A stretch of DNA of 64,000 nt, from NCBI GenBank assembly GCA_963845535.1, contig CAWJSK010000003.1, positions 32,994-96,993 on the forward strand. The letters run 5' to 3'. The notes under the pieces are model-generated. The model did no database searches. It was not told the DNA's origin and saw only the letters and a list, made by a program, of their open reading frames with translations. Both the position numbers and the translations under genes were made by a program. Positions 19,545 to 29,241 of the stretch are shown here, one piece after another (the first letter of the stretch is position 1; every line of letters begins with the position of its first letter). The stretch is from an uncultured Spirochaetota bacterium (lineage in GTDB: Bacteria > Spirochaetota > Spirochaetia > SZUA-6 > Fen-1364).

Positions 19545-19603
19545 AAAGGCGCGCCGCTCCACGGGCTCTCTGTGCCGGAGTGCCGCGCGGGCGCGCCGGG
19601 GTC

Positions 19604-20377
19604 CTATTCGCGCCAGGGGAAGATCATCCCGCGCAAAGTCCTTTTCCCGACCCTCTCCCTGTCCTCAACGAGCAGAGCATCCCACGGCACGCGGCGCCTG
19701 TTTTGACCGGGGTTCTGCTCGAGCCAGTCGTATTTGTAGAGACGAAGCTTGAAAGCGACGTTCCACCACAAGAGGATGGTTGCGATGCCGGGCAGAAGAA
19801 GGGCAATGAACATCGAACCGACAAGAACAATCAGGGCGCAGATGGACAGGCCGATCGAAAAACCGGGATTGTCGAAAAAGACGAGAAAGCTTTTCCGCGT
19901 GATCTTTCGGAACTTCCTGTCCAGCCGGGACTGGATGGGGAAGAAGAACTGCGCGGCAAGTATCCCGGCAATGGTGACCCAGAAAAGCAAGGCCACCGCC
20001 AGGGGGCCGACAATGCTCTTCATCCCCCCGTAGAAGCGAAAGGCATTCCAGACCACGATTCCGTAGATTCCGATTGCCAGCGCGAACAACAGGCTCGACG
20101 CCAGGCTCTCTTTCACGAACCGGAAGAAATCTGAAAAACCCGGCTGCCGATAGTCAGCGATCTCCGCGCACATTTTGCTGACTCCGCCGGTGTACACGGC
20201 GAACAGCGCCACTCCGAAGAGAATCGTGGCCGCGAAAAGCACGGGAACGGCCAGGAAGAGGGGTGCGATCAGGATGAAGACGGCCAGGATGGCGATGTAG
20301 CCGAGGTTCATGATCAGGATGCGGAACAAGTTGTCCCACATGTCGAAAAAGCCCTTTTTTACGAGAAATCCGAACAT
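19604..20377 (-). CDS. Integral membrane protein (DUF624/YesL-like)
   Basis: 257 aa with about 6 TM helices. The N-terminus 'FFDMWDNLFRILIMNLGYIAIL' resembles the YesL family. Confidence 0.5.
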   Translation of the reverse strand: MFGFLVKKGFFDMWDNLFRILIMNLGYIAILAVFILIAPLFLAVPVLFAATILFGVALFAVYTGGVSKMCAEIADYRQPGFSDFFRFVKESLASSLLFALAIGIYGIVVWNAFRFYGGMKSIVGPLAVALLFWVTIAGILAAQFFFPIQSRLDRKFRKITRKSFLVFFDNPGFSIGLSICALIVLVGSMFIALLLPGIATILLWWNVAFKLRLYKYDWLEQNPGQNRRRVPWDALLVEDRERVGKRTLRGMIFPWRE

Positions 20378-20439
20378 GCGCTCACTGTATCATGGAGCGA
20401 AACGAAGCGCCACTGGCGGCGTTCTCTTCCTCTCTTGCC

Positions 20440-20468
20440 TTGACATTCGCTTGGCGAGTGGCTACGAT
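20440..20468 (+). promoter_or_regulatory. Candidate sigma70-type promoter for the J-domain gene
   Basis: TTGACA (20440-20445), a 17-nt spacer, then TACGAT (20463-20468). This is the same hexamer pair as upstream of pgk. The -10 element ends 16 nt before ATG 20485. Confidence 0.45.
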
Positions 20469-20484
20469 GGGCGTAACGTTGGCG

Positions 20485-21294
20485 ATGATCAACTACTACG
20501 ACGTGCTCGGCATCACGCAGAACTCGACCACCCAGGAAATAAAAAAATCTTTCCGCCGGCGGGCCAAGGAAATACACCCGGACCTCAGGCAGGATGATCC
20601 GGGACAGGCGCAGGACGACATGCGCCTGCTTCTCGCGGCATACGAAGTCCTTACAGACATCGACAAGCGGGATGAATACGACCGTTCCCTGCACACCCTG
20701 GCTCATGTACGCGGCTTCGACTATCGCGAGTTCCTTCGCAGGCGGCGTGATGACCCCTTCAGTCAGTCGAAGCTCATCTTCCATGACCTCCTGACGAACA
20801 GGGCGGATGAGGCAATCGAGCTGTACCTGAGCCTGCTCCAGGGCGGTTCGTTCGAGCTGGAGAGGTACTTGTCACGAGAAGACTACATGGACTGCGCGTT
20901 CCTCCTTGCCGAGGTCTTCGAGACCCGGGGAGCTTTCGCTGACGCGTATCAGCTCTACGCCAAGCTGTGCCGGTATGAGAGGGAAAAGCCCTATTTCCGC
21001 CACTTCATCGACGAGGTGATCGACAGGCTGAGGGCGCTCTTGTGCTTCAAGATGCTGCCCCAGCTCCAACAGGCGGAGGCAATAGCGCGCCTCAAGGAAA
21101 TGATCCGCTTCAACTTCTCCCGCAAGGACAACGCGTTTTTCTACAAGAAGCTCGCGGAGGTGTATGCCTCCAACGGTCAGCAGGAAATCGCGCTCCACTG
21201 CCTTAACAAGGGTCTCCAGCTGGATCGCAAGCTCTCGGGCGTGAAAAAACTGATGGAGCGCATCGGCTGCCCGGTGTGCCTTGACAATCCCTGA
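20485..21294 (+). CDS. J-domain (DnaJ-like) protein with a helical-repeat C-terminal region
   Basis: 'MINYYDVLGITQNSTTQEIKKSFRRRAKEIHPD' is a canonical J-domain start with the HPD motif. There is no Gly/Phe or zinc-finger region, so this is not the housekeeping DnaJ. Confidence 0.8.
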   Translation: MINYYDVLGITQNSTTQEIKKSFRRRAKEIHPDLRQDDPGQAQDDMRLLLAAYEVLTDIDKRDEYDRSLHTLAHVRGFDYREFLRRRRDDPFSQSKLIFHDLLTNRADEAIELYLSLLQGGSFELERYLSREDYMDCAFLLAEVFETRGAFADAYQLYAKLCRYEREKPYFRHFIDEVIDRLRALLCFKMLPQLQQAEAIARLKEMIRFNFSRKDNAFFYKKLAEVYASNGQQEIALHCLNKGLQLDRKLSGVKKLMERIGCPVCLDNP

Positions 21295-21361
21295 TGACTT
21301 CGGTTTACTGATTTTCGCACTCGGCTCGCCCGACGGCACACACAGAGGAGCGTATTCCACC

Positions 21362-22417
21362 ATGAGAAAATCCATCCTGTTGGCTGCACTTGCGGCCTTT
21401 CTTACGTCAACGGCGTGGGCGCAGGTCCTGGACAGGCCCGCCGCAACGGTCAGGCTCGTCAAGACGCAGTCCATCACGGTCAGCCAGCTTCAGCGGGTTG
21501 TCGGGCCCCTGGAGACGCAGTATCGCCGGACCCTGACCAAGGATGAGCGCAAGCAGGTCCTGGACCAGTTGATCGGCACCGTCCTGATTGAGCAGGCGGG
21601 AGACAGGGACAAGATCGCCGTCTCGGACGCCGAGCTGAATGCCCGCATCCAGGAGTACCAGAAGAACCTCGGCACCGCGGCGAACCTGGGGAGATCTTTC
21701 ACGGACCAGGAGCTGCAACAGTACGTCAGGAACAACGGGATGTCATGGGATGATTTCCAGAAGCAGATCAAAGACCAGCTTCTCATGTTCGACTACGTCC
21801 GCGCCAAGGACAAGGGCCTTCTTGACACGGTCAAACCCGTAACGGATGCCGACATCCAGGACTTCTATGATGCTCACAAGAGAGAGGAGTTCCTGGATGA
21901 CGTGGTCATCATTCGCCACATCTTCATCGACACACGGGCCCTGGTTTCCAAGGAAGACAAAGACAAGGCGCGAAAGCGGGCGGATGACATCCTCAAGGAG
22001 CTGAAGGCGGGGGCTTCTTTCGGAGATCTCGTCATGCAGTATTCAGAGGACACCGTGTCGAAATACAAGAACGGCGACATCGGGATGTTCATTCGTTCCG
22101 ACCCGCAGCGGTTGCAGCTTTTCGGAAAGGATTTCTTCGATGAGATATTCAAGCTGAAGAAGGGGGAAACGAGCGGCGTAATCGCCTCCAACATCGGCTT
22201 CCACATCGTGAAAGTGACGGACCGTATTGACGCCCACCTCCTGACGCTGGAGGACAAGGTTCCGCCGCAGTTCCAGATCACGCTGCGCGAATACATCAGG
22301 GGAAACCTCACCGTCCAGCGCCAGAACGACATTCTGGGCTCGGCCCTCGCGGCCATTATCGCGGACCTGCGCAAGCAGGCTGAAATCAGGTACTTCGACG
22401 ACAACCTCTCCTGGTAG
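21362..22417 (+). CDS. Periplasmic peptidyl-prolyl isomerase (SurA/PrsA-like, parvulin domain)
   Basis: It has a signal peptide ('LAALAAFLTSTAWAQ') and a parvulin core ('IRHIFI...GASFGDLVMQYSED...GDIGMF...GFHIVKV'). Confidence 0.85.
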   Translation: MRKSILLAALAAFLTSTAWAQVLDRPAATVRLVKTQSITVSQLQRVVGPLETQYRRTLTKDERKQVLDQLIGTVLIEQAGDRDKIAVSDAELNARIQEYQKNLGTAANLGRSFTDQELQQYVRNNGMSWDDFQKQIKDQLLMFDYVRAKDKGLLDTVKPVTDADIQDFYDAHKREEFLDDVVIIRHIFIDTRALVSKEDKDKARKRADDILKELKAGASFGDLVMQYSEDTVSKYKNGDIGMFIRSDPQRLQLFGKDFFDEIFKLKKGETSGVIASNIGFHIVKVTDRIDAHLLTLEDKVPPQFQITLREYIRGNLTVQRQNDILGSALAAIIADLRKQAEIRYFDDNLSW

Positions 22418-22444
22418 AAGGGGGGGGCCGCCAGCCGGGGAGCC

Positions 22445-22867
22445 ATGGGTGCCCGAAGAAAGGGACGGATCATTGCGTTCCAGTCGCTGTACCGGCACGA
22501 CCTTTCCGGCGCGGGCGTTGAGGAGCTGCTCGACTTTTCCTGGCTGGACGGCGACAAGGCCCAGAAGCTCGGCGGCGAAACCGTCCATTTTGCGCGGCTT
22601 CTTATCCAGGGGGCCCTCGAAAACCTCACGCAGATAGATACCATCATCAGGGGCCAGTTGGAGAACTGGGACTTCACCCGGCTCAACAGGGTGGACCTGG
22701 CAATCCTCCGCATGAGCGTCTACTGTCTCCTGCATCAGAAGGACATTCCGTCCACGGTCACCATTGACGAAGCGGTGGACATTTCGAAGACCTTCGGGAC
22801 CTCGGACTCCTACCGCTTCGTCAACGGGGTGCTCGACGGGGTGCGCAAGAAGTACCTCGGAGAATAG
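22445..22867 (+). CDS. nusB: Transcription antitermination factor NusB
   Basis: 140 aa. It carries 'RRKGRIIAFQSLY', 'DLAILRMSVYCLL' and 'IDEAVDISKTFG...FVNGVLD'. Confidence 0.93.
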   Translation: MGARRKGRIIAFQSLYRHDLSGAGVEELLDFSWLDGDKAQKLGGETVHFARLLIQGALENLTQIDTIIRGQLENWDFTRLNRVDLAILRMSVYCLLHQKDIPSTVTIDEAVDISKTFGTSDSYRFVNGVLDGVRKKYLGE

Positions 22868-22873
22868 AAGCTG

Positions 22874-24502
22874 ATGAAAACGGGGCGGGCCATTGCCCTT
22901 GGCGGCGGAATACTTCTGGGGTGTTGCGCAGCGCTCGCCGCGGCGTACTTTTTTCTCCTCCCGCTCTTCTTCCCGGGGCCGCGCATAGCGCCGCGGCTTG
23001 CCGTCATCGATTCAGCGATTGCCGGCGGATATCTCTCCACCGCGCAGGCGGAGCTCCTTGCAATCCGCGCAGTGCCGCGAAATGAGGGCGACGCCCTGCG
23101 CCTCCTGAAACGCGCCTTCGTTCTTAGCCGCCAGGCGGGGGACTTCCGGCTGCTTGCAACCATGGCTGACCGGGCCCTGGCTTCCGGCGCCGGGACGCCG
23201 CGCGTGCGCAGCATTGCCGCATACGCGTACCTTCGCACGGGGCGCCTGGCGGATGCTGAGGCCGTGTCGCGGTCCGGACTGCCCTCCGGGGCAGGTGATC
23301 TTCTCCGGGGAGAGATCGGCGTGAAGCGGGGAACTGTCTGGCGGGGTTCCGACAGCCTTACTCGCGGGTTGCTTGCCCTCGAAACGTCGAAGAACCCCTC
23401 GGACTTCGTTGCAGCCGCGCGGAACGTTGACGACAAGCGCATCAACCTGGATGCAGCGCTGCTGTTCCTTGAGGGCGGGGACCTGGCGCGCGCCCGGTTG
23501 CTGGCGGCCGCGTCGCTGAAAGATGCCCTCTTCGACCTGCCTGCCGCGTTGATCGCCTATGACGCTGGGGATTTTGAAAACGCCATCCAAAGGCTGACCC
23601 GGCTGCAGGCACGGGGAAGCCCCCGGGCTGATATCGCTCTCCTGCTTTCCGATTGTTACCGGGCTCTTGGGATGAACGTCGAATACGATGCCGCCCTGCG
23701 CAGCGCGCTACGGCTGGATCCCAGCGTCTCGTGGACTCCCTACGCGGACCTGGCAATGATGGCCCAGACGAAGGGTGACCTGCGCGGCGCTCGTGATTTT
23801 CTTGCGCAGGGAAGGGCGCTTTTCCCCGGTTCGCGCGAGCTTGTGCTCGCCCAGGCGCGTCTTTCGGCCGCAACGGGGGACACGCCGGCGGCGCTCGATC
23901 TTCTTGATGCCCTTGTCGCTCAAAGACCGGACGATGCGGAGGCAGCTCTCCTCCTTCTTGGCCTGAAGTCGCCGGGCATGTCGGCGCCGGCGTACCGCGT
24001 GGAGCTGTGGAAGCTGTTCGACCGCTTGCCCTCTGATCCCCGGGTCTTCCTGACGCTGGAGTCCGCGCTCTTTGCCTCGCACGACTGGGAAGGCGCGGGC
24101 ATTGCGATGCACGAGCACCAGGCGGCGCACGGCGGACTTGACGCGGAGTCACTTTCCATCCGCGCGGTCATCGAGGCGGTGCAGGACAAGGATGAGCAAG
24201 CCGCCGCATCTTTCGGCCAGGCCGCGGCGGAGGCCGGGGACGGAATGTACAAATACAACCTCGCCGTGCTTCTCCTGCACGGCGGGAAAGCGCAGGAAGC
24301 GTTGGCGCAGCTTGACCAGGCAGCCTCCGTGGATAACAACCAGGTTGCGGCGCGAATCGAGACGCTGCGGGGCAGGTGCCTGCTTGCAACCGGTGACCTG
24401 AGGGCGGCGCGCGGCGCGTTCCTCCGAGCCCACGGCCTTGATCCTCATGACCTGAGAGCGGCTCTTGAGCTGCGCAAACTTGAAGCCCAGGGAGATCAAT
24501 GA
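22874..24502 (+). CDS. TPR-repeat membrane-anchored protein
   Basis: It has an N-terminal TM/signal segment followed by Ala/Leu-rich TPR-like repeats throughout. Confidence 0.7.
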   Translation: MKTGRAIALGGGILLGCCAALAAAYFFLLPLFFPGPRIAPRLAVIDSAIAGGYLSTAQAELLAIRAVPRNEGDALRLLKRAFVLSRQAGDFRLLATMADRALASGAGTPRVRSIAAYAYLRTGRLADAEAVSRSGLPSGAGDLLRGEIGVKRGTVWRGSDSLTRGLLALETSKNPSDFVAAARNVDDKRINLDAALLFLEGGDLARARLLAAASLKDALFDLPAALIAYDAGDFENAIQRLTRLQARGSPRADIALLLSDCYRALGMNVEYDAALRSALRLDPSVSWTPYADLAMMAQTKGDLRGARDFLAQGRALFPGSRELVLAQARLSAATGDTPAALDLLDALVAQRPDDAEAALLLLGLKSPGMSAPAYRVELWKLFDRLPSDPRVFLTLESALFASHDWEGAGIAMHEHQAAHGGLDAESLSIRAVIEAVQDKDEQAAASFGQAAAEAGDGMYKYNLAVLLLHGGKAQEALAQLDQAASVDNNQVAARIETLRGRCLLATGDLRAARGAFLRAHGLDPHDLRAALELRKLEAQGDQ

Positions 24503-24585
24503 TATCTTTTGCACGGCCCGGGAGCGCGCGCGGGGGCGTCCGGGCGGGTCCGGATCAGGCGAAGCGTGGCGGGCAAGGAGACCGA

Positions 24586-25044
24586 ATGCCGAACAAGAAT
24601 GAAAACTCCAACTGCATCATCGGGGAAGGCTCCATTTTCAACGGGCGTTTCTACGTGAACGGCTCCATCCTGATTGAAGGAAAATTCCAGGGCGACATCA
24701 GAACGGATGATCAGCTCACTGTCGGCCCATCCGGGAAAGTGAAGACGGACATCGTTGCCCGTCGCGTCACCGTTGCCGGCACGCTCATTGGAAACATCAC
24801 AGCCTCGGAGGAGGTCAGCCTGCTGCACACCGGCAAGGTTCTTGGCAACATCTCCACCCCCAAGCTCACCATGGAGCCCGGCGTCGTTACGGAAGGGAAG
24901 GTCACCATCACCTCCGGCTTGTCTGACGATGCAAAGAAGATCATCGAGGAGTCCTTCGGCGCGGAGACGGAGGAGGCCTTCACGTCGCTCCTGAGGGAGA
25001 AGAAGAAGGAAAAAGCGAAAGGCAAGGAGGAAGCGGGCGCTTAG
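24586..25044 (+). CDS. Bactofilin
   Basis: 'IIGEGSIFNGRFYVNGSILIEGKFQGDIRTDDQLTVGPSGKVKTDIVARRVTVAGTLIGNI...' is the bactofilin beta-helix repeat. AAGGAG lies 5 nt before ATG 24586. The C-terminal tail is Lys/Glu-rich. Confidence 0.88.
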   Translation: MPNKNENSNCIIGEGSIFNGRFYVNGSILIEGKFQGDIRTDDQLTVGPSGKVKTDIVARRVTVAGTLIGNITASEEVSLLHTGKVLGNISTPKLTMEPGVVTEGKVTITSGLSDDAKKIIEESFGAETEEAFTSLLREKKKEKAKGKEEAGA

Positions 25045-25051
25045 CCCCTCA

Positions 25052-25801
25052 ATGATCCGGCTCAAGAACGAAAAGGAAATAGCGGGAATCAGGGAATCGG
25101 GGCGCCTCCTGTCGCGGACGCTGGAGGAGCTGAAAAAGCTTGTTGGTGAGGGAATCACCACCCGGGAGCTTGATGCGTTTGCCCGCTCCTCCATTGAAAG
25201 CCACGGAGGCAGGCCATGGTTCCTCGGGTACATGAATTACCCTGCCTCGCTTTGCGTCTCAATCAACAACGAGGTGATCCATGGCATCCCCGGCTCCCGG
25301 CGCCTGCGCGCGGGAGACATCGTGAGCCTGGACCTCGGTGTGGACCTCAACGGCTATTTTTCCGACGCCGCAATCACGCTTCCCGTCGGCGCCATCTCTC
25401 GAAAACGGGAGACCCTGCTTCGGGTGACCCGCGAATGTCTTGCGCTGGCCGTGGAGCAGGCGGTGGCGGGAAACAGGATTGGAGACATCTCCCGCGCGGT
25501 CTTCGATCACGCCGTGGGGAGATCCTGCGGAGTGGTCCGGGACTATTGCGGCCATGGCGTCGGGTTTGCCCCGCATGAGGACCCCCAGGTGCCGAACTAC
25601 GTGGGCGGCGGGCCCAACCCTCGGCTCAAAGAAGGCATGGTGCTTGCCATCGAGCCCATGATCAACTCCGGCACGGGGGACGTCGAGCTGCTGGAGGACG
25701 GGTGGACGGTCGTGACGGCGGACGGCTCTGATTCCGCTCACTTCGAGCATACCGTGGTCGTCCTCAAGGACCGCATGGAAATTCTCACCCGTTTGGATTA
25801 G
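25052..25801 (+). CDS. map: Methionine aminopeptidase, type I
   Basis: 249 aa. It carries 'NEVIHGIP', 'DIVSLDLGV', 'GHGVG', 'LAIEPM' and 'SAHFEHTV' (the metal ligands). Confidence 0.95.
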   Translation: MIRLKNEKEIAGIRESGRLLSRTLEELKKLVGEGITTRELDAFARSSIESHGGRPWFLGYMNYPASLCVSINNEVIHGIPGSRRLRAGDIVSLDLGVDLNGYFSDAAITLPVGAISRKRETLLRVTRECLALAVEQAVAGNRIGDISRAVFDHAVGRSCGVVRDYCGHGVGFAPHEDPQVPNYVGGGPNPRLKEGMVLAIEPMINSGTGDVELLEDGWTVVTADGSDSAHFEHTVVVLKDRMEILTRLD

Positions 25802-25813
25802 AATCCGCCGATC

Positions 25814-26404
25814 ATGCACAAAGAGTTTCTCCCCTACCAGACCGTGCGCAACAACGCCATCAGGCTGGCGGACCGCATCAACCGGGAAGGGTTCGTTCCC
25901 GACGTCATCTATGTCTCGCTTCGCGGCGGGGCATACATGGGAAACGTCATCAGCGAGTATTTCAAGATCATGCGCAGGGACAAACGCCCCGTGTACTACG
26001 CGGCAGTCGTTGCCCGTTCCTATCGGGATATCGGCGCCCAGGACAAGGTGAGAGTTGACGGGTGGACGTACAATCCCGCGTACCTGCGAAGCGGGGACAA
26101 GGTGCTGCTGGTGGATGACATCTTCGATTCAGGCCGAACGGTGAACCACCTCGTGGAAATCATCATGGAGCAGGGCATCCCCCGCCAGGACGTGCGCGTG
26201 GCCGTCCATGACTACAAGATCCGCAGGTACGTGACGAAGCAGCTTCCCGTCCAGCCCGACTACTGGTGCAGGTTCCACGAGCTTGCCACAGCGGAAGACG
26301 ACTTCTGGATCCACTACATGAGCCACGAGCTGGTCGGGCTGACGGAAGCGGAGAAAAAAGAGCACTACTTCAGGGAGGACTCCGAGCTCACCGGAGTGAT
26401 CTGA
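25814..26404 (+). CDS. Phosphoribosyltransferase-family protein
   Basis: It has the PRPP-binding loop 'KVLLVDDIFDSGRT'. It is not clearly assignable to hpt, apt or xpt. Confidence 0.7.
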   Translation: MHKEFLPYQTVRNNAIRLADRINREGFVPDVIYVSLRGGAYMGNVISEYFKIMRRDKRPVYYAAVVARSYRDIGAQDKVRVDGWTYNPAYLRSGDKVLLVDDIFDSGRTVNHLVEIIMEQGIPRQDVRVAVHDYKIRRYVTKQLPVQPDYWCRFHELATAEDDFWIHYMSHELVGLTEAEKKEHYFREDSELTGVI

Positions 26405-26412
26405 GGGCCGCT

Positions 26413-27609
26413 TTACTCCTGGGTCCAGGTGTTGCTGTCGAAAACTCCGTTGGGCTGCACGGGGCTCGTCACCCAGAGCCCGTTGTTGACCGTTCCCATG
26501 GCGACAATGTTGTTGGTTATGTCGACAATGATCCGCCTGATGGCTGACGCATAGAGACTGTAGGAAAGGCCGTTGAACCTCTGGAGCGTAATGGACGCCG
26601 GCTGGAAGTAAAAGAAGCCGAACGCGCCCCCGTATCCCGAATCCCCGCCGGCAAGATAGGTCGTATGACCTGAATCCACAGGTCCAGCGACACAGAGGAA
26701 TCCGGCATTGTAACTGGTGCCTGCGTTTGACGTTGCCTCGCTCCAGGTGCCGCCGCCGTTGACTGAGTAGAAGAGTCCTCCAACGCCCGTTGTTTGCGTG
26801 GTTTGATTCGATGACGGAACGACAACGAGCGTGCCGCCGCCGCCGTAGGAAGGATCAACATAAATCCCTTGAAGGATGTCGCTTGAACCGGCGGGAAACG
26901 AAGGGACTGCTGCAAATGATATGCTTGGATAAAGCCCGGAGGACTGGTAAAGCGTATTGCCGCAAGTCGCGTAATATGTTGTGCCGACCAACGCGACTCC
27001 CGTGATCGGCTTGGTGCTGCTGGTCAGGCCTGTGTAGGTCCAACCGGTGGGGGGATTCACACCGGAGCCGGTCACGGCGGTATCCAACCAATACACGGGA
27101 TTCCCGTTCGACAACTGTTCAACGACCACAAAGAGATGACCATCGTTGGACGGGACTCCGAGGTAGGTGATCTGCATATTGGGATGAATGGGATCCGTTA
27201 CAAGGTTCCATGTATTGCTGCCGGGAGTCGACAAATACAGGCCGAATGTGGATCCGTCAGGAGAGAAAAACCCGGCCCAAAGCTGGTTGTTCAAGCCGTC
27301 GTACGTCAGCGTGTTGCAGATCATGTTATTGGGGGTCGAAATTGCAGACCAGTTGGTCGATCCATTCGACACAGTGCCGTTGTAAATCTTGCCCGCAGAC
27401 ACATAGTACGGCGCAGAGGCGTTGCCGGGCACCAAGCTGTTCGTCACGTTGACCATGTCCGAGACTGTGATGTCGAGCGGAATGCTCGAGCTCGTGGTCG
27501 TCTTGGTTGTCTTCTGGATGTTCGTGTAGATCAGGCTGCCGTTCGCCGTGCAGGACGCAAATGCTGCCGCCCCGATTGCCGCTATGAGAAGGCGGGAGAA
27601 TGCTTTCAT
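26413..27609 (-). CDS. Lipoprotein with beta-propeller (BNR/Asp-box-like) repeats
   Basis: The signal/lipobox is 'AAAFASC' (start ATG 27609). Repeated '...GG.TW(S/N)...' strands occur, e.g. 'SNGSTNWSAIS', 'TPGSNTWNLV' and 'SVNGGGTWSEAT'. The protein is Gly/Thr/Ser/Asn-rich. Confidence 0.6.
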   Translation of the reverse strand: MKAFSRLLIAAIGAAAFASCTANGSLIYTNIQKTTKTTTSSSIPLDITVSDMVNVTNSLVPGNASAPYYVSAGKIYNGTVSNGSTNWSAISTPNNMICNTLTYDGLNNQLWAGFFSPDGSTFGLYLSTPGSNTWNLVTDPIHPNMQITYLGVPSNDGHLFVVVEQLSNGNPVYWLDTAVTGSGVNPPTGWTYTGLTSSTKPITGVALVGTTYYATCGNTLYQSSGLYPSISFAAVPSFPAGSSDILQGIYVDPSYGGGGTLVVVPSSNQTTQTTGVGGLFYSVNGGGTWSEATSNAGTSYNAGFLCVAGPVDSGHTTYLAGGDSGYGGAFGFFYFQPASITLQRFNGLSYSLYASAIRRIIVDITNNIVAMGTVNNGLWVTSPVQPNGVFDSNTWTQE

Positions 27610-27631
27610 TCGAAAAGCTGCAAAGACGGCT

Positions 27632-28222
27632 CTAATAATGGTACAACGCACTGATTGAAACCTCCAGGAAGTTGCCGGCAACGAAACCGTTGCTTGACGT
27701 GTTTGTGAACTGCATGTCCCACCAGTAGTTCAGGTTCAATCCAAAAGACCATGATGAATTGTATGCCCAGAATATCCCGGTTCCGGGCTTCAGGAGCAGG
27801 TCTATGGTCGAGTCAGCGCTATATTTCACGATATTCATGCCGGCGCCGAAAGTCAAAGGAATCTCCAGCGGGTAGAACTCGAAGAGGTAGGAAACCTTCG
27901 CAATGATGGGCACCATCAGAAGAGCAGTGTAGTTCGGATCGAAGGCGAAAGCCCCGCCCAGGGACGCGCCAATGCGCCAGTGCGCTGAGAGGTAAGCCGC
28001 CCAGTCAATGCTTCCCATGCCGCCAAAAGAAAGATTCAGGCTTCCGACGTTCGGGTTGCCGCCGAGAAGGAAAAGCGGTATGAAAGCGCCCACATTGAGG
28101 GAAAGAGTCTGGTCTCCCAGGGAGTATTGAGAAGGCGCAGAGTCACCCGCGGCAAAAGCCGGCGTGAAAACTCCGAGCGTCAAGGCAGAGGACAAACAAA
28201 TCATGAGAAGGCGTCTTTTCAC
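27632..28222 (-). CDS. Putative outer-membrane beta-barrel protein
   Basis: GTG 28222 lies 4 nt after GGGAGAG and gives the signal peptide 'KRRLLMICLSSALTLGVFTPAFA'. Alternating hydrophobic strands end in an aromatic C-terminus ('SISALYHY'). Confidence 0.6.
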   Translation of the reverse strand: MKRRLLMICLSSALTLGVFTPAFAAGDSAPSQYSLGDQTLSLNVGAFIPLFLLGGNPNVGSLNLSFGGMGSIDWAAYLSAHWRIGASLGGAFAFDPNYTALLMVPIIAKVSYLFEFYPLEIPLTFGAGMNIVKYSADSTIDLLLKPGTGIFWAYNSSWSFGLNLNYWWDMQFTNTSSNGFVAGNFLEVSISALYHY

Positions 28223-28269
28223 TGAACTCTCCCGTGTTGCAAGGAACGTAGCACGCTCGCGCTCCTTGT

Positions 28270-29127
28270 TCAAGTTTCCTGGCCGTCTTCAATGTCGAGG
28301 ACGAGCCTTCGGATGGGGCCATCGACGGTCAGCTCAATGCTGCTCTGGCTGTCGACGCCTGACGGGGTGACCAGGGACCCGTCCTCCCTTTTTTCAAAAT
28401 CCCCCTGAGGATAGTCTACCTTGCAGAACGGGTTGAGGAGGCGCACCCATGTGAACACTCCGGAGGGCAGGATCAGGGAAAGGTCCCCGCTTGCGCAGTA
28501 GATCTGCCCCGTCATCTTCTTCTTCGGAGTCCCGAAAAAGATCTCCTGCGTCCCGGAGTCCGTGGACAGCTCCATGGTCTCCACGTTCAACTCCCTCAGG
28601 TCCATGTGAAGGTCAGCCGCGTGGAGCTGAAAGGAAAGAGAGAGGGGCAGGGACTTGCACAACTCGAGCCTCCACGCATTCTGGAGCTGGAAATAAGACG
28701 GGAAAAGAGGCTGGCTCATCGCAATAGAGAGCTCCTCGAGCCCTCCGACCGTCTCCTGGGAGATCTGAGGCGGGATGGCGGGTCCGGCGTGCTCGGTGAC
28801 GAGAACAGGCTCCCCTTTGGCGGCGCCGAGCGCCAGTCTTCCGTACGAGTACTGCAGCTTGCAGGAAAGCTCGCGCGAGACTTTCTCGATATGGATGGGG
28901 AACTTCCGGGTTGTGGTGCTCGAAGCCCGGGTGAACCTGCGCTTCTTTACCGAGTCCACGACGAGCATGATGCCTGCAAGGACAAGCAGGACCGGCCACA
29001 GGTTCAACGCCACCGACAGCTCGCCGGTGGAGATGAACTGCAGGTTGTAGCCCAGGAGGAAGAGACCGAGGACGAGGGAGAAGACGGACACAAGAAGCGA
29101 GATGCGCTTGGCGAGTGGATGCATCAT
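28270..29127 (-). CDS. Membrane protein with a LiaF/DUF2154-like C-terminal beta domain
   Basis: It has 2-3 N-terminal TM helices, then repeated short beta strands ('LSFQLHAADLHMDLRELNVETMELSTDSGTQEIFF...GDLSLILPSG'). The stop overlaps the next ORF by 4 nt. Confidence 0.45.
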   Translation of the reverse strand: MMHPLAKRISLLVSVFSLVLGLFLLGYNLQFISTGELSVALNLWPVLLVLAGIMLVVDSVKKRRFTRASSTTTRKFPIHIEKVSRELSCKLQYSYGRLALGAAKGEPVLVTEHAGPAIPPQISQETVGGLEELSIAMSQPLFPSYFQLQNAWRLELCKSLPLSLSFQLHAADLHMDLRELNVETMELSTDSGTQEIFFGTPKKKMTGQIYCASGDLSLILPSGVFTWVRLLNPFCKVDYPQGDFEKREDGSLVTPSGVDSQSSIELTVDGPIRRLVLDIEDGQET

Positions 29128-29241
29128 GGCTATTCTGCGGATTTTCGCGCCGCAATGTCAACTCGCGGAACGGCAACGGCGCTTCAGTAGACAGCCTCCG
29201 CCGCCCGCTGGTACATTGGAGGTGATCATGGAGGCAACGCT

